Assembly: GCA_965215365.1 (NCBI GenBank)
Contig: CBDCDS010000003.1
Location: forward strand, 480,001-544,000
Direction: 5' to 3'
DNA from: Gammaproteobacteria bacterium
GTDB lineage: Bacteria > Pseudomonadota > Gammaproteobacteria > Eutrophobiales > Eutrophobiaceae
DNA: 64,000 nt
In this document: positions 39,461 through 48,296 of the stretch, piece by piece
How positions within the stretch are numbered: the first letter of the stretch is position 1
Layout: the number at the start of each line of letters is the position of its first letter
Notes under the pieces: model-generated
What the model was told of the DNA's origin: nothing
The model's input: only the letters and a program-made list of their open reading frames with translations
The model's database searches: none
Translations under genes and position numbers: made by a program

Positions 39461-41458
39461 ATGAGTATTATTCTTCCAATCAATATAGAAGACCTGCTGC
39501 ACTGTCAGGGCGTAGAGTCTTCCCGCATTGAATTCAAGGCAGGCTGGGATGACGAAACAACGGGTGTTCAGGTTTTGAAAACGATATGCGCGTTTGCCAA
39601 TGACCTGCAAAACCTGAATGGCGGGTATATCATCATCGGCGTTGAGGAACGTGAGGGCCGCGCAGTTCTTCCTCCCAAGGGCATAGCACCGGGAAAAATA
39701 GATTACATACAGAAATGGATCAGAGGCAATTCAAATCGTATTGACCCGGAATTTCAGCCGGTGATGTCGCTGGAAGTTGTGTCGGGTAAGCATATCCTGA
39801 TTATCCGGGTGCCAGGGAGTAATGTACGGCCCCACAGAGCGCCGGAAGCTAACAGGGGAGGGGAAAGAAAATACTTTGTGCGCATTGGTTCCGAAACAGT
39901 GGATGCGGATAAAAATGGCGTCCTTGATGAGCTGATGCAGCTTACCGCCAAAGTACCCTTCGACGACCGTAGAGCGCTTCAGGCAACCACAGATGACCTG
40001 CGAGAAAGCAGGGTCAGGGAGTTTCTCAACGATATCCGCAGCGGTCTGTTGGAAGAGGAGAATACGAGAGAAATTTACCGAAAACTCCGCATTACTTCAT
40101 CTGCGAATGGCCATGATGTCCCCAAGAATATAGGCCTGCTGCTGTTCAGTGAAGACCCGGATATCTGGTTCCCGGGCACGCGTATTGAGGTCGTTCAATT
40201 TGCCGGTGATGCGTCGGGAAACATCATAGAGGAAAAAATATTTCGCGGTGGCATACATGAACAATTAAAAAATGCCTTGACTTTCCTGGAAACCATTTCC
40301 AGTCCGCACCTGGAGAAACAGGAACGTTCTTTCAGAGTGAAAGGGTGGGTCAGTTATCCGGTCCAGGCTCTGCGCGAGGCGCTTGTGAATGCCGTTTATC
40401 ATAAAAGCTATGAGCCATCGCTACAGGAGCCGGTCAAAGTCTATTTGTATCCGGGCCGTATGGAAATTACCAGTTACCCGGGACCGGTACACGGCATAGA
40501 ACCTGCACACTTTCATCCGAATTCTTCGGTGCCTTCTGCACCTGCCAGGAACAGGCGCATAGGTGAGTTTCTGAAGGAACTGCGTCTTGCTGAAGGCCGC
40601 GGCACAGGGTTGCCAAGAATTTACCGGGCAATGCAGGAAAACGGATCGCAGGCTCCCTCGTTCGACTTCGACCAGGGGAGAAGCTACTTTCGGGTAACGC
40701 TTCCCGCACACCCGGAATATATCGCCATTTCCGCCCTGAGAGATGCCGCCCACCTCAAGGCTCTGGGCAATGATGCCGATGCCTTCAGGCGCATCGAAAA
40801 TGCGTGGAAATCCCTTCCTGCTTCACCTTCGCTCACTGCGGAATACATCCGCCTGCTTGGCGCAAATGAACAACTTGAGGCCGCGCAAACAGCATTCTCG
40901 GAATTTAAGCAACAGGCGCCGGACAACTTTCACCATTTTGTTTCCAATGTCCTGATAGATATCCTGTTGGATGCCGGGCGCAAAGATGAGGCAAAAAAAT
41001 TGCTGGATCGCCAGCCCGCGTATCTGGCGAGTGCCGATGCCATGGACGCGGCCATCCTCGCTCGGCGGCTCCGCAACGAGGAAAAAGCCCACCGCTACTT
41101 TGAACGCGCCGGCGATGTCGTATTCAACGACATTCGCGCATTACACGAATTTGCTCAAGCAAAAATCAAACTGGCGCAGAAAACACCGAGAAACCGCCAA
41201 GGGCGTCAGCCATACTTGCGCCTGTTACGCGAAGCAAAAGAGTTGCTGGAACGTGCTGTGCAGATGGATGCCGGCCGAGTGCGTCATGCTTGGGCGTGGA
41301 GAGATTTAGGCAGGGTTAAAAAATGGCTGAAACATCCCACACACGAGGTAACCGCCGCTTACGAACACGCAATAGAACTGCATCCGGAAGAAAAGGAATT
41401 CAAGACAGAACTGGCCTTGTGGAAGAAAAATCCCGCGGCACAAACCTCGCATCATTAA
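39461..41458 (+). CDS. Schlafen/AlbA_2 + HATPase_c_4 (RecG-like C-term) protein with helical TPR-like tail
   Basis: ESSRIEFK, ICAFAND...GGYIIIGV, REALVNAV.H, RNRRIGEFL, EGRGTG. Confidence 0.82.
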   Translation: MSIILPINIEDLLHCQGVESSRIEFKAGWDDETTGVQVLKTICAFANDLQNLNGGYIIIGVEEREGRAVLPPKGIAPGKIDYIQKWIRGNSNRIDPEFQPVMSLEVVSGKHILIIRVPGSNVRPHRAPEANRGGERKYFVRIGSETVDADKNGVLDELMQLTAKVPFDDRRALQATTDDLRESRVREFLNDIRSGLLEEENTREIYRKLRITSSANGHDVPKNIGLLLFSEDPDIWFPGTRIEVVQFAGDASGNIIEEKIFRGGIHEQLKNALTFLETISSPHLEKQERSFRVKGWVSYPVQALREALVNAVYHKSYEPSLQEPVKVYLYPGRMEITSYPGPVHGIEPAHFHPNSSVPSAPARNRRIGEFLKELRLAEGRGTGLPRIYRAMQENGSQAPSFDFDQGRSYFRVTLPAHPEYIAISALRDAAHLKALGNDADAFRRIENAWKSLPASPSLTAEYIRLLGANEQLEAAQTAFSEFKQQAPDNFHHFVSNVLIDILLDAGRKDEAKKLLDRQPAYLASADAMDAAILARRLRNEEKAHRYFERAGDVVFNDIRALHEFAQAKIKLAQKTPRNRQGRQPYLRLLREAKELLERAVQMDAGRVRHAWAWRDLGRVKKWLKHPTHEVTAAYEHAIELHPEEKEFKTELALWKKNPAAQTSHH

Positions 41459-41918
41459 CGATGCCGATAGCGTCGTCTGTGGCGTGGATGACAAACAACC
41501 CTTGCTGTTCCGCATGTGCCTGTATGACCTCGTCCACGTTGAGGTACGCCACTGCCCCGTGGATCTTCTTTCCAACGAAGGGTGTCGCATGGGGCGGGAA
41601 CTTCTCCATGCTCTCAATAAAGAGTGCCAATAGCTCGGCGCACGAATCGAAGAACAGTTGTGTTACCACCACTTCTTTGTCGCCATAGGCTATGGGGTCA
41701 TCGTATCCAAAACTGACCCCGCCGGATGAACCGTGCATGCCACCTATGCCTCTAGGCAGAAACATGCCACGGGTAGCCATCAAAGCCTCGAGGTCTCCTT
41801 CCCTCAGGCTTTCTCTCAACAGATCTATCTCGGCCGGATAATTACATATTCTCCGCTCGTAATAGGTTGGTTTCACCCCCAAATCACTCGTCTTGAAATG
41901 TCTCTCAATTTTTTTCAT
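41400..41918 (-). CDS. Divergent/degenerate paralogue of the coiled-coil PD-(D/E)XK gene
   Basis: Shares ESL.EGDL, GKKIHGAVAYL, QGLFVI.AT but lacks heptads and the EVK motif. Confidence 0.5.
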   Translation of the reverse strand: MKKIERHFKTSDLGVKPTYYERRICNYPAEIDLLRESLREGDLEALMATRGMFLPRGIGGMHGSSGGVSFGYDDPIAYGDKEVVVTQLFFDSCAELLALFIESMEKFPPHATPFVGKKIHGAVAYLNVDEVIQAHAEQQGLFVIHATDDAIGIVNDARFVPRDFSSTRPVLS

Positions 41919-42023
41919 ACACTATTCCTCCCACTGGCGCTTAACAACACCAAAATTAACGCATATGCAATAGAAGGTAAAGAAAAATTTGCATACTTAA
42001 AAATTCCCCGGTAAGTTGTAATC

Positions 42024-43178
42024 ATGGAAGCGCAGCAGCCAAATATCCCTGTTGACGAGCAGGATGTTGAAGGTTTGGACACCCAAGGCGGCTCTTGGGG
42101 GGATTACCCCATTGATGCGCTCTTGATCCGGCATGAAACACGAACTGTCTTCGATGTTATACGGCGGATCGACAAAGGCAGTTACGTCATGGACCCTGAC
42201 TTCCAGCGAGATTTCATCTGGCCTGAGGATAAGCAAAGCAAACTCATCGAATCTGTGCTTATGCGGATTCCTCTGCCGGTCTTCTACTTGGCGGAGGACG
42301 GGGAAGGGCGTATGATAGTCGTAGATGGCCTGCAACGTCTGGCGACATTCAGGAACTTCACATCCGACGGTCTGAGACTACGCCTCCCGGACCGCCCCGA
42401 CCTGAATGGCAAAAAGTTCACCGACCTAGAGCCCAAATTCCAAAATCGCATCGAAGACTGTAACCTGATTTTTTACATCATTGATTCCAAAGCCCCTGAA
42501 CGCGCGCGCTTGGATATCTTTGATAGGGTCAACAGCGGTGTGCCGCTCAAGCCACAACAGATGCGCAACAGTTTGTTCATGGGGCCCGCAACTCTTTTTC
42601 TCAAAAATGAGGCAAAAACCGATATATTCCTGAAGGCGACAGGCGGGAGCCTGAATACAAAAACCATGCGCGACCGGGAATTTGTCAACCGCTTCTGTGC
42701 TTTCCAGCTATTGGGACCGGATAAGTACCGTGGCGATATGGATGTCTTTCTTGCGCGCTGCCTGCGCTACATGAACAGCATAAGTGAAACCGATTTGGCC
42801 CGGTTATCCACAGAATTGCGCAGGAGCCTTGCCAATAACTATTTGTTATTCAGACTACGAGCTTTCAGAAAGCACCCTTCGGAATTGCTTTGGCGAAGAG
42901 GCGTGCTCAACGCGTCGCTCTGGGACGTTATGTCCACCGGCCTGTCCCGTTACCCGGAAGCAAGCGTAAGCACTCATGCGAAACGCTTGAAGGAGGCTGT
43001 TCGTGATCTGTCTAAAGATGAGCGATTCAATGACGCAATCTCCATTGGCACAAACGATACCAGAAGGGTGAAGACCCGGTTCGATATGACGCGTGAAATT
43101 CTCGAGGATATTCTCGGTCCCCAAACAACCGGTTTTGCAACCGACCTGGTCGCTGATTCAGATTCAAATTTTTCTTAA
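42024..43178 (+). CDS. DUF262 (ParB-like) protein, Menshen NsnA-like
   Basis: PDFQRDFIW, KLIES..MRIPLP.FY, VDGLQRL, IFDRVNSG..L. Confidence 0.82.
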   Translation: MEAQQPNIPVDEQDVEGLDTQGGSWGDYPIDALLIRHETRTVFDVIRRIDKGSYVMDPDFQRDFIWPEDKQSKLIESVLMRIPLPVFYLAEDGEGRMIVVDGLQRLATFRNFTSDGLRLRLPDRPDLNGKKFTDLEPKFQNRIEDCNLIFYIIDSKAPERARLDIFDRVNSGVPLKPQQMRNSLFMGPATLFLKNEAKTDIFLKATGGSLNTKTMRDREFVNRFCAFQLLGPDKYRGDMDVFLARCLRYMNSISETDLARLSTELRRSLANNYLLFRLRAFRKHPSELLWRRGVLNASLWDVMSTGLSRYPEASVSTHAKRLKEAVRDLSKDERFNDAISIGTNDTRRVKTRFDMTREILEDILGPQTTGFATDLVADSDSNFS

Positions 43179-43189
43179 GGAGGTTAAAC

Positions 43190-44347
43190 ATGCTTACAGG
43201 GATAGACCTGAAACATTTCAAATGCTTCAAGTTATTGAAGCTGCCGTTAACCCCCCTGACCTTGCTTACCGGCGCCAACGCCTCTGGCAAGTCATCGATC
43301 ATCCAGGCCTTGGCACTGCTGCATCAGACCATGCGGGGACATGAGTGGTCCAAGCGTCTAATGCTCAATGGCGACACAGTAAGGCTTGGCGCCGTAGTCG
43401 ATGTAATAGACAAGGTTTACGGACGCAACTCCTGCGCTCTTGCCCTGCTGGATCGCGCAGCATATTGCAGGTGGGAATTTGCCGGGGAGCGGCACGCTAT
43501 GTCGATGGCAGTAAAATATGTCGGTGTCAGTGGCGTCGAAGTCATTGAAGAACCGGAGCCAGAAATGCTGCACCACCTGTTGCCTGAGACGGCGCGTCAA
43601 TATACTCACGGGTTAATCGAGAGTCTGCTCGGGCTTACTTATCTCACTGCAGAGAGGTTGGGCCCGCGTGAATATTATCCGCTAGAAGACTTCCAACTTG
43701 CGCCTGTTGTCGGACCAAGAGGTGAGTATGCCGTGAGCGCGCTCTATTCTGGTGGTGATGAACACGTTCTTGATGAGTTAGTGGTCGAGGAGCAACCGCC
43801 GACGCGGTTGCGTCAGACAGTAGCAAGAATGAACCATTTCTTCCCAGGTTGTGATTTAATGATAAACAAGGTTCCAAACGCCAATGCTGTAACGTTAGGA
43901 CTTCGCACCTCCGGTGATGCGGATTTCCATCGGCCTGTTCATACGGGATTCGGGTTGACCCAAGTACTCCCGATTATTGTAGCGGCCCTGTCCGCAGGGA
44001 AGGATAATTTGCTGTTAATCGAGAACCCAGAAGTACACCTCCACCCCGCAGGACAAGCAATGATGGGTGAATTTCTGGCCGAAGTAGCCGCGGCCGGCGC
44101 GCAGGTCATTCTGGAAACCCATAGCGACCATATATTGAATGGGGTCAGAAAAGCAGTGAGGAAGAAAAAATTATCCCCCGACGCCGTTGCCCTGCATTTT
44201 TTCCTGCCGCGCCAGGAGTGTGAAGAAAAAGGCGCTGCACAGGTACAAAGTCCGGTTATGGACACAGATGGAAATATCGATACTTGGCCGGATGGTTTTT
44301 TTGACCAGTTCGACAAGGACATGAACTACTTCGCTGGGTGGGGTTGA
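43190..44347 (+). CDS. ABC-type ATPase with DUF3696, Menshen NsnB-like
   Basis: GANASGKS, GFGLTQVLP, IENPEVHLHP, ETHSDH, WPDGFFDQ. Confidence 0.85.
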   Translation: MLTGIDLKHFKCFKLLKLPLTPLTLLTGANASGKSSIIQALALLHQTMRGHEWSKRLMLNGDTVRLGAVVDVIDKVYGRNSCALALLDRAAYCRWEFAGERHAMSMAVKYVGVSGVEVIEEPEPEMLHHLLPETARQYTHGLIESLLGLTYLTAERLGPREYYPLEDFQLAPVVGPRGEYAVSALYSGGDEHVLDELVVEEQPPTRLRQTVARMNHFFPGCDLMINKVPNANAVTLGLRTSGDADFHRPVHTGFGLTQVLPIIVAALSAGKDNLLLIENPEVHLHPAGQAMMGEFLAEVAAAGAQVILETHSDHILNGVRKAVRKKKLSPDAVALHFFLPRQECEEKGAAQVQSPVMDTDGNIDTWPDGFFDQFDKDMNYFAGWG

Positions 44348-44348
44348 C

Positions 44349-45311
44349 ATGGAGCTGTTCGCAAATGATCTTTCAATTCACCGACAATTTCGTGACATAT
44401 CATCGTTTCGTAAATCGTTGCAGGGACTTATGGATATGCGTGCCACTGCGAAGCGTTTCAGCCGGGAGGTATATTGCCATCGGGCGTTCTTGAATGCTGA
44501 GCCATTGCCTGGAGTGCCGATGCAACAAGCCTTGGGGCAACTTCGCGAAAGCGAACGGCGAGCCACGATCAATTGGCTGACGCGTGGTGGTCCCTTTTGG
44601 GATGATTATCGTCTCCACAGCGGCGACGACTGGTTGGAATGCCGAGGGGAAGTGGTAACTGACTCAGCCATAGGAGAAGCAGCGTATCGCAAACTTCACA
44701 ATGATGCTGAGAGTGGTTTGGTCAGCGTAACCCCATCCAAATGGAATTCCTCTCCCGTGGAAGTAATTTGGAGGCGGGAGGGCGAGGGGTTCGAAGACCA
44801 AAACACAGCACTCGAAAATTGGTGGGATGTCACTGCACTGGAAAACAATTTGCAGAATGCCCCGCTACCGATCAGGTCGTGGGATGATTTGCAATCGGCC
44901 TCAATCAGCCGCTTTCAAAGGCTGACTTTTGCTGGCGATTGCTTTGAGCCACTTTCCGGAGTTCCGTTCGCGAAGAGTTCGATGGAACGCATACTTGAAC
45001 TTTTCAAGACACTAAATCGCTATGCAAGCGCCTTTGATGCGGCTGGCAAACGCACCCCCGAAGGTCAACAGACTTACCAGAACTTCTTCACAGGGGGCGA
45101 GAACGCGTTGTTTTCCGATTCGACTGATCGAGAGAAAAGGGATTTTCGTAATGAGTTGACCTTCAAGCATCCGGACGACCCTGAAAAATCCTTGTTTTGT
45201 CCGTGGCATGGCAAGGAACGCCACAAAGTTTTGCGGTTACATTTTTCCTGGCCCATCCGGTTCCGTGAACCGGTTTATGTTGTATATGTCGGTCCGAAAA
45301 TTACCAGATAG
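44349..45311 (+). CDS. Third operon gene, putative effector (Menshen NsnC-like)
   Basis: Starts 1 nt after ATPase stop; C-terminal FSDST...F..WHGK...RLHF..YVGP pattern. Confidence 0.62.
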   Translation: MELFANDLSIHRQFRDISSFRKSLQGLMDMRATAKRFSREVYCHRAFLNAEPLPGVPMQQALGQLRESERRATINWLTRGGPFWDDYRLHSGDDWLECRGEVVTDSAIGEAAYRKLHNDAESGLVSVTPSKWNSSPVEVIWRREGEGFEDQNTALENWWDVTALENNLQNAPLPIRSWDDLQSASISRFQRLTFAGDCFEPLSGVPFAKSSMERILELFKTLNRYASAFDAAGKRTPEGQQTYQNFFTGGENALFSDSTDREKRDFRNELTFKHPDDPEKSLFCPWHGKERHKVLRLHFSWPIRFREPVYVVYVGPKITR

Positions 45312-45349
45312 TAAGACAGGCATGCTCCCCTCCATCGAAATAAGGAAAA

Positions 45350-45540
45350 GATTCGCGCGGGTAATTCCAACATTCGCAATCCGATTCTTGTTTCCTATGT
45401 AGCCAAGGGCCTGCTCCCGTATCACGGCCTTGGTTCCGGTATCAAACGCGCCCTAGAAGCATGGCCGCATATCGATTTCACGGATGACCGGGACGCTTGC
45501 CTGTTTACCGTAACCGTTCACCGCAAACAGGCAGCACTCA
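45350..45540 (+). pseudogene. C-terminal remnant of another HATPase_c_4/RecG-like gene
   Basis: Manual translation EKIRAGNSNIRNPILVSYVAKGLLPYHGLGSGIKRALEAWPHIDF; no start. Confidence 0.6.
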
Positions 45541-46245
45541 CCCAAACACCCGCGGCACAAACCCCTCCTCATTAACGATACTGGCGCTGTCGCCGGTGGC
45601 GCGGATGGCAAACAAGCCCTGGCGGATGACATTCCGTTGCACGCTCTCATCGGCCTTGAGATACGCCATGGCACCATGAATGACCTTGCCCTTGTAGTCC
45701 GGGAAACAGGTGGTAAATTCCGTCAGGTCTTCAAGGAAGTCCTTGACCCCCTCCGGGTGCAGCGTGGTTTTGACTTCCACGACCACCACCTGTTCACCGT
45801 TAATCGCCAAGATGTCGTACTCATAGTTTTTGCCGTCATTGAGACGATTGATACGACCGAGGCGGCGGCTTTTGGTCTTTTGCACAGGGATGCCCCGGTC
45901 TTGCAGCATGGCGACCAAGTCGCCTTCCACCAGGCTTTCCATGAACGCCCCCCACTGGTTATCGAACGTGCCTTGCAACTGCTTCATGCGCCGGTCGGTA
46001 TATTTCATCTCCTGGTAAGTTTCCTGCATCAGTTGCTCAGTCTCCTTCATGCGCCGATCGGCTTCCCGGGCATTTTCCTTCATGCGCCGATCGGCTTCCC
46101 GGGCATTCTCTTTTATAAGCCGCTCAGTTTCCCGGGCATTCTCTTTTATAAGCCGCTCAGTCTCCTTCTGCATCTCGGCCAATTCCTGCAAGCTGGCCCA
46201 GACCGTTTCAAACGTAGCGGGTTTACGCGGTAATTGTTTTTCCAT
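45538..46245 (-). CDS. Coiled-coil PD-(D/E)XK protein, paralogue 2
   Basis: Same N-terminus and nuclease-like domain as paralogue 1; 11-aa KENARE repeats. Confidence 0.75.
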   Translation of the reverse strand: MEKQLPRKPATFETVWASLQELAEMQKETERLIKENARETERLIKENAREADRRMKENAREADRRMKETEQLMQETYQEMKYTDRRMKQLQGTFDNQWGAFMESLVEGDLVAMLQDRGIPVQKTKSRRLGRINRLNDGKNYEYDILAINGEQVVVVEVKTTLHPEGVKDFLEDLTEFTTCFPDYKGKVIHGAMAYLKADESVQRNVIRQGLFAIRATGDSASIVNEEGFVPRVFG

Positions 46246-46504
46246 GACAGATTCCTCCTTATCGGTTTGGTTGATAGTTAACAGCAGCAGCCGGCCATGG
46301 ACAGCCGGCTCGTAACAATACTAATGTACACGGGGTGAAAAAGCAAAGGGAAACTCCAGAGTCCGAAAGTCCTGCTGTTCCGCCTCTCAATAAAGTGCGT
46401 TTCGACGTTGTATAAGCATATCAAGCACCAATAAGAAGTCAGGCCGTTGCTTACTTGATTGCGCGCCCTGCTGCGCCGGATCAACGTTAACGGCTGCGTA
46501 ATGC

Positions 46505-47179
46505 TCACCCAAACACCCGCGGCACAAACCCCTCCTCATTAACGATACTGGCACTGTCGCCGGTGGCGCGGATGGCAAACAAGCCCTGGCGGATGACATT
46601 CCGTTGCACGCTCTCATCGGTCTTGAGATACGCCATGGCGCCATGAATGACCTTGCCCTTGTAGTCCGGGAAACAGGTGGTAAATTCCGTCAGGTCTTCA
46701 AGGAAGTCCTTGACCCCCTCCGGGTGCAGCGTGGTTTTGACTTCCACGACCACCACCTGTTCACCGTTAATCGCCAAGATGTCGTACTCATAGTTTTTGC
46801 CGTCATTGAGACGATTGATACGACCGAGGCGGCGGCTTTTGGTCTTTTGCACAGGGATGCCCCGGTCTTGCAGCATGGCGACCAAGTCGCCTTCCACCAG
46901 GCTTTCCATGAACGCCCCCCACTGGTTATCGAACGTGCCTTGCAACTGCTTCATGCGCCGGTCGGTATATTTCATCTCCTGGTAGGTTTCCTTCATCAGT
47001 TGCTCAGTCTCCTTCATGCGCCGGTCAGTTTCCCGGGCATTTTCTTTCATGCGCCGGTCAGTTTCCCGGGCATTCTCTTTTATAAGCCGCTCAGTCTCCT
47101 TCTGCATCTCGGCCAATTCCTGCAAGCTGGCCCAGACCGTTTCAAACGTAGCGGGTTTACGCGGCAATTGTTTTTCCAT
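46505..47179 (-). CDS. Coiled-coil PD-(D/E)XK protein, paralogue 3
   Basis: Near-identical to paralogue 2 with one fewer 11-aa repeat. Confidence 0.75.
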   Translation of the reverse strand: MEKQLPRKPATFETVWASLQELAEMQKETERLIKENARETDRRMKENARETDRRMKETEQLMKETYQEMKYTDRRMKQLQGTFDNQWGAFMESLVEGDLVAMLQDRGIPVQKTKSRRLGRINRLNDGKNYEYDILAINGEQVVVVEVKTTLHPEGVKDFLEDLTEFTTCFPDYKGKVIHGAMAYLKTDESVQRNVIRQGLFAIRATGDSASIVNEEGFVPRVFG

Positions 47180-47305
47180 GACAGATTCCTCCTTATCGAA
47201 TTTGGTTGATAGTTAACAGCAGCAGCCGGCCATGGACAGCCGGCTCGTAACAATACTAATGTACACGGGGTGGCGAGGTAAAGAGGAAATTTACAAATAC
47301 AGCGC

Positions 47306-48190
47306 TCACTCAAACACCCGCGGCACAAACCCCTCCTCATTAACGATACTGGCGCTGTCGCCGGTGGCGCGGATGACGAACAGGCCCTGGCGTTCTGCAT
47401 GTGTTTTGGCAGCCTTGCTGGTTTTGAGGTAGGCCATCGCCCCGTAAATCGTCTTGCCCCGATGTTCCGGTTCGTAATACGTGTATTTGAGCAGTTTTTT
47501 CAGAAAGTGCTTGATGTCCGCCGCACACAAGGTGGTCTTCACTTCCACCACCACCACTTCTACCCCGTTAATCGCCACAATGTCAAACTCGAAGTCCTCG
47601 CCGTTGCGCTTGCCATAAGGCCTGGGATGGATGCGATCTACCAGAATATCCCGGCGTTGCAGCAGGGCTACGAGGTCACCCTCGACCAGGCTTTCCATGA
47701 AGTCACCCCAACGGTTGTCAAACCGGCCTTGCATCCTGTTCAGGCTTTTGTCCAGGCGCTGATCAGCCTCTTTCATCTGCCGGTCGGAGTCACGGGTCAT
47801 TTTGTCCAGGCGCCGGTCGGTCTCTTTCATCTGCCGGTCGGAGTCACGGGTCATTTTGTCCAGGCGCCGGTCGGTCTCTTTCATCTGCTGGCTGGTCTCT
47901 TTCATCTGCTGGCTGGTCTCTTTCATCTGCTGGCTGGTCTCTTTCATCTGCTGGCTGGTCTCTTTCATCTGCTGGCTGGTCTCTTTCATCTGCTGGCTGG
48001 TCTCCTTCACCAGCCGGTCGGTTTCCTTCACCAGCCGGTCAGTGTCCTTCATGCGCCGGTCAGTGTCCTTCATCTGCTGGCTGGTCTCCTTCACCACCCG
48101 CTCAGTCTCCTTCTGCATCTCGGCCAATTCCTGCAAGCTGGCCCAGACCGTTTCAAACGTAGCGGGTTTACGCGGCAATTGTTTTTCCAT
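47306..48190 (-). CDS. Coiled-coil PD-(D/E)XK protein, paralogue 4
   Basis: Same N-terminus, six tandem KETSQQM, divergent C-terminal domain EFDIVA..VVVEVK. Confidence 0.75.
   Translation of the reverse strand: MEKQLPRKPATFETVWASLQELAEMQKETERVVKETSQQMKDTDRRMKDTDRLVKETDRLVKETSQQMKETSQQMKETSQQMKETSQQMKETSQQMKETSQQMKETDRRLDKMTRDSDRQMKETDRRLDKMTRDSDRQMKEADQRLDKSLNRMQGRFDNRWGDFMESLVEGDLVALLQRRDILVDRIHPRPYGKRNGEDFEFDIVAINGVEVVVVEVKTTLCAADIKHFLKKLLKYTYYEPEHRGKTIYGAMAYLKTSKAAKTHAERQGLFVIRATGDSASIVNEEGFVPRVFE
47876..48001. repeat. 21-bp tandem repeat x6 (one heptad each)
   Basis: ctctttcatctgctggctggt repeated in tandem. Confidence 0.85.
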
Positions 48191-48296
48191 GACAGATTCC
48201 TCCTTATCGGTTTGGTTGATAGTTAACAGCAGCAGCCGGCCATGGACAGCCGGCTCGTAACAATACTAATGTACACGGGGTGAAAAAGCAAAGGGA

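Noticed and set aside
47770-48120. Regular repeats as a CRISPR array
   Set aside because: Head-to-tail in-frame coding repeats with no unique spacers
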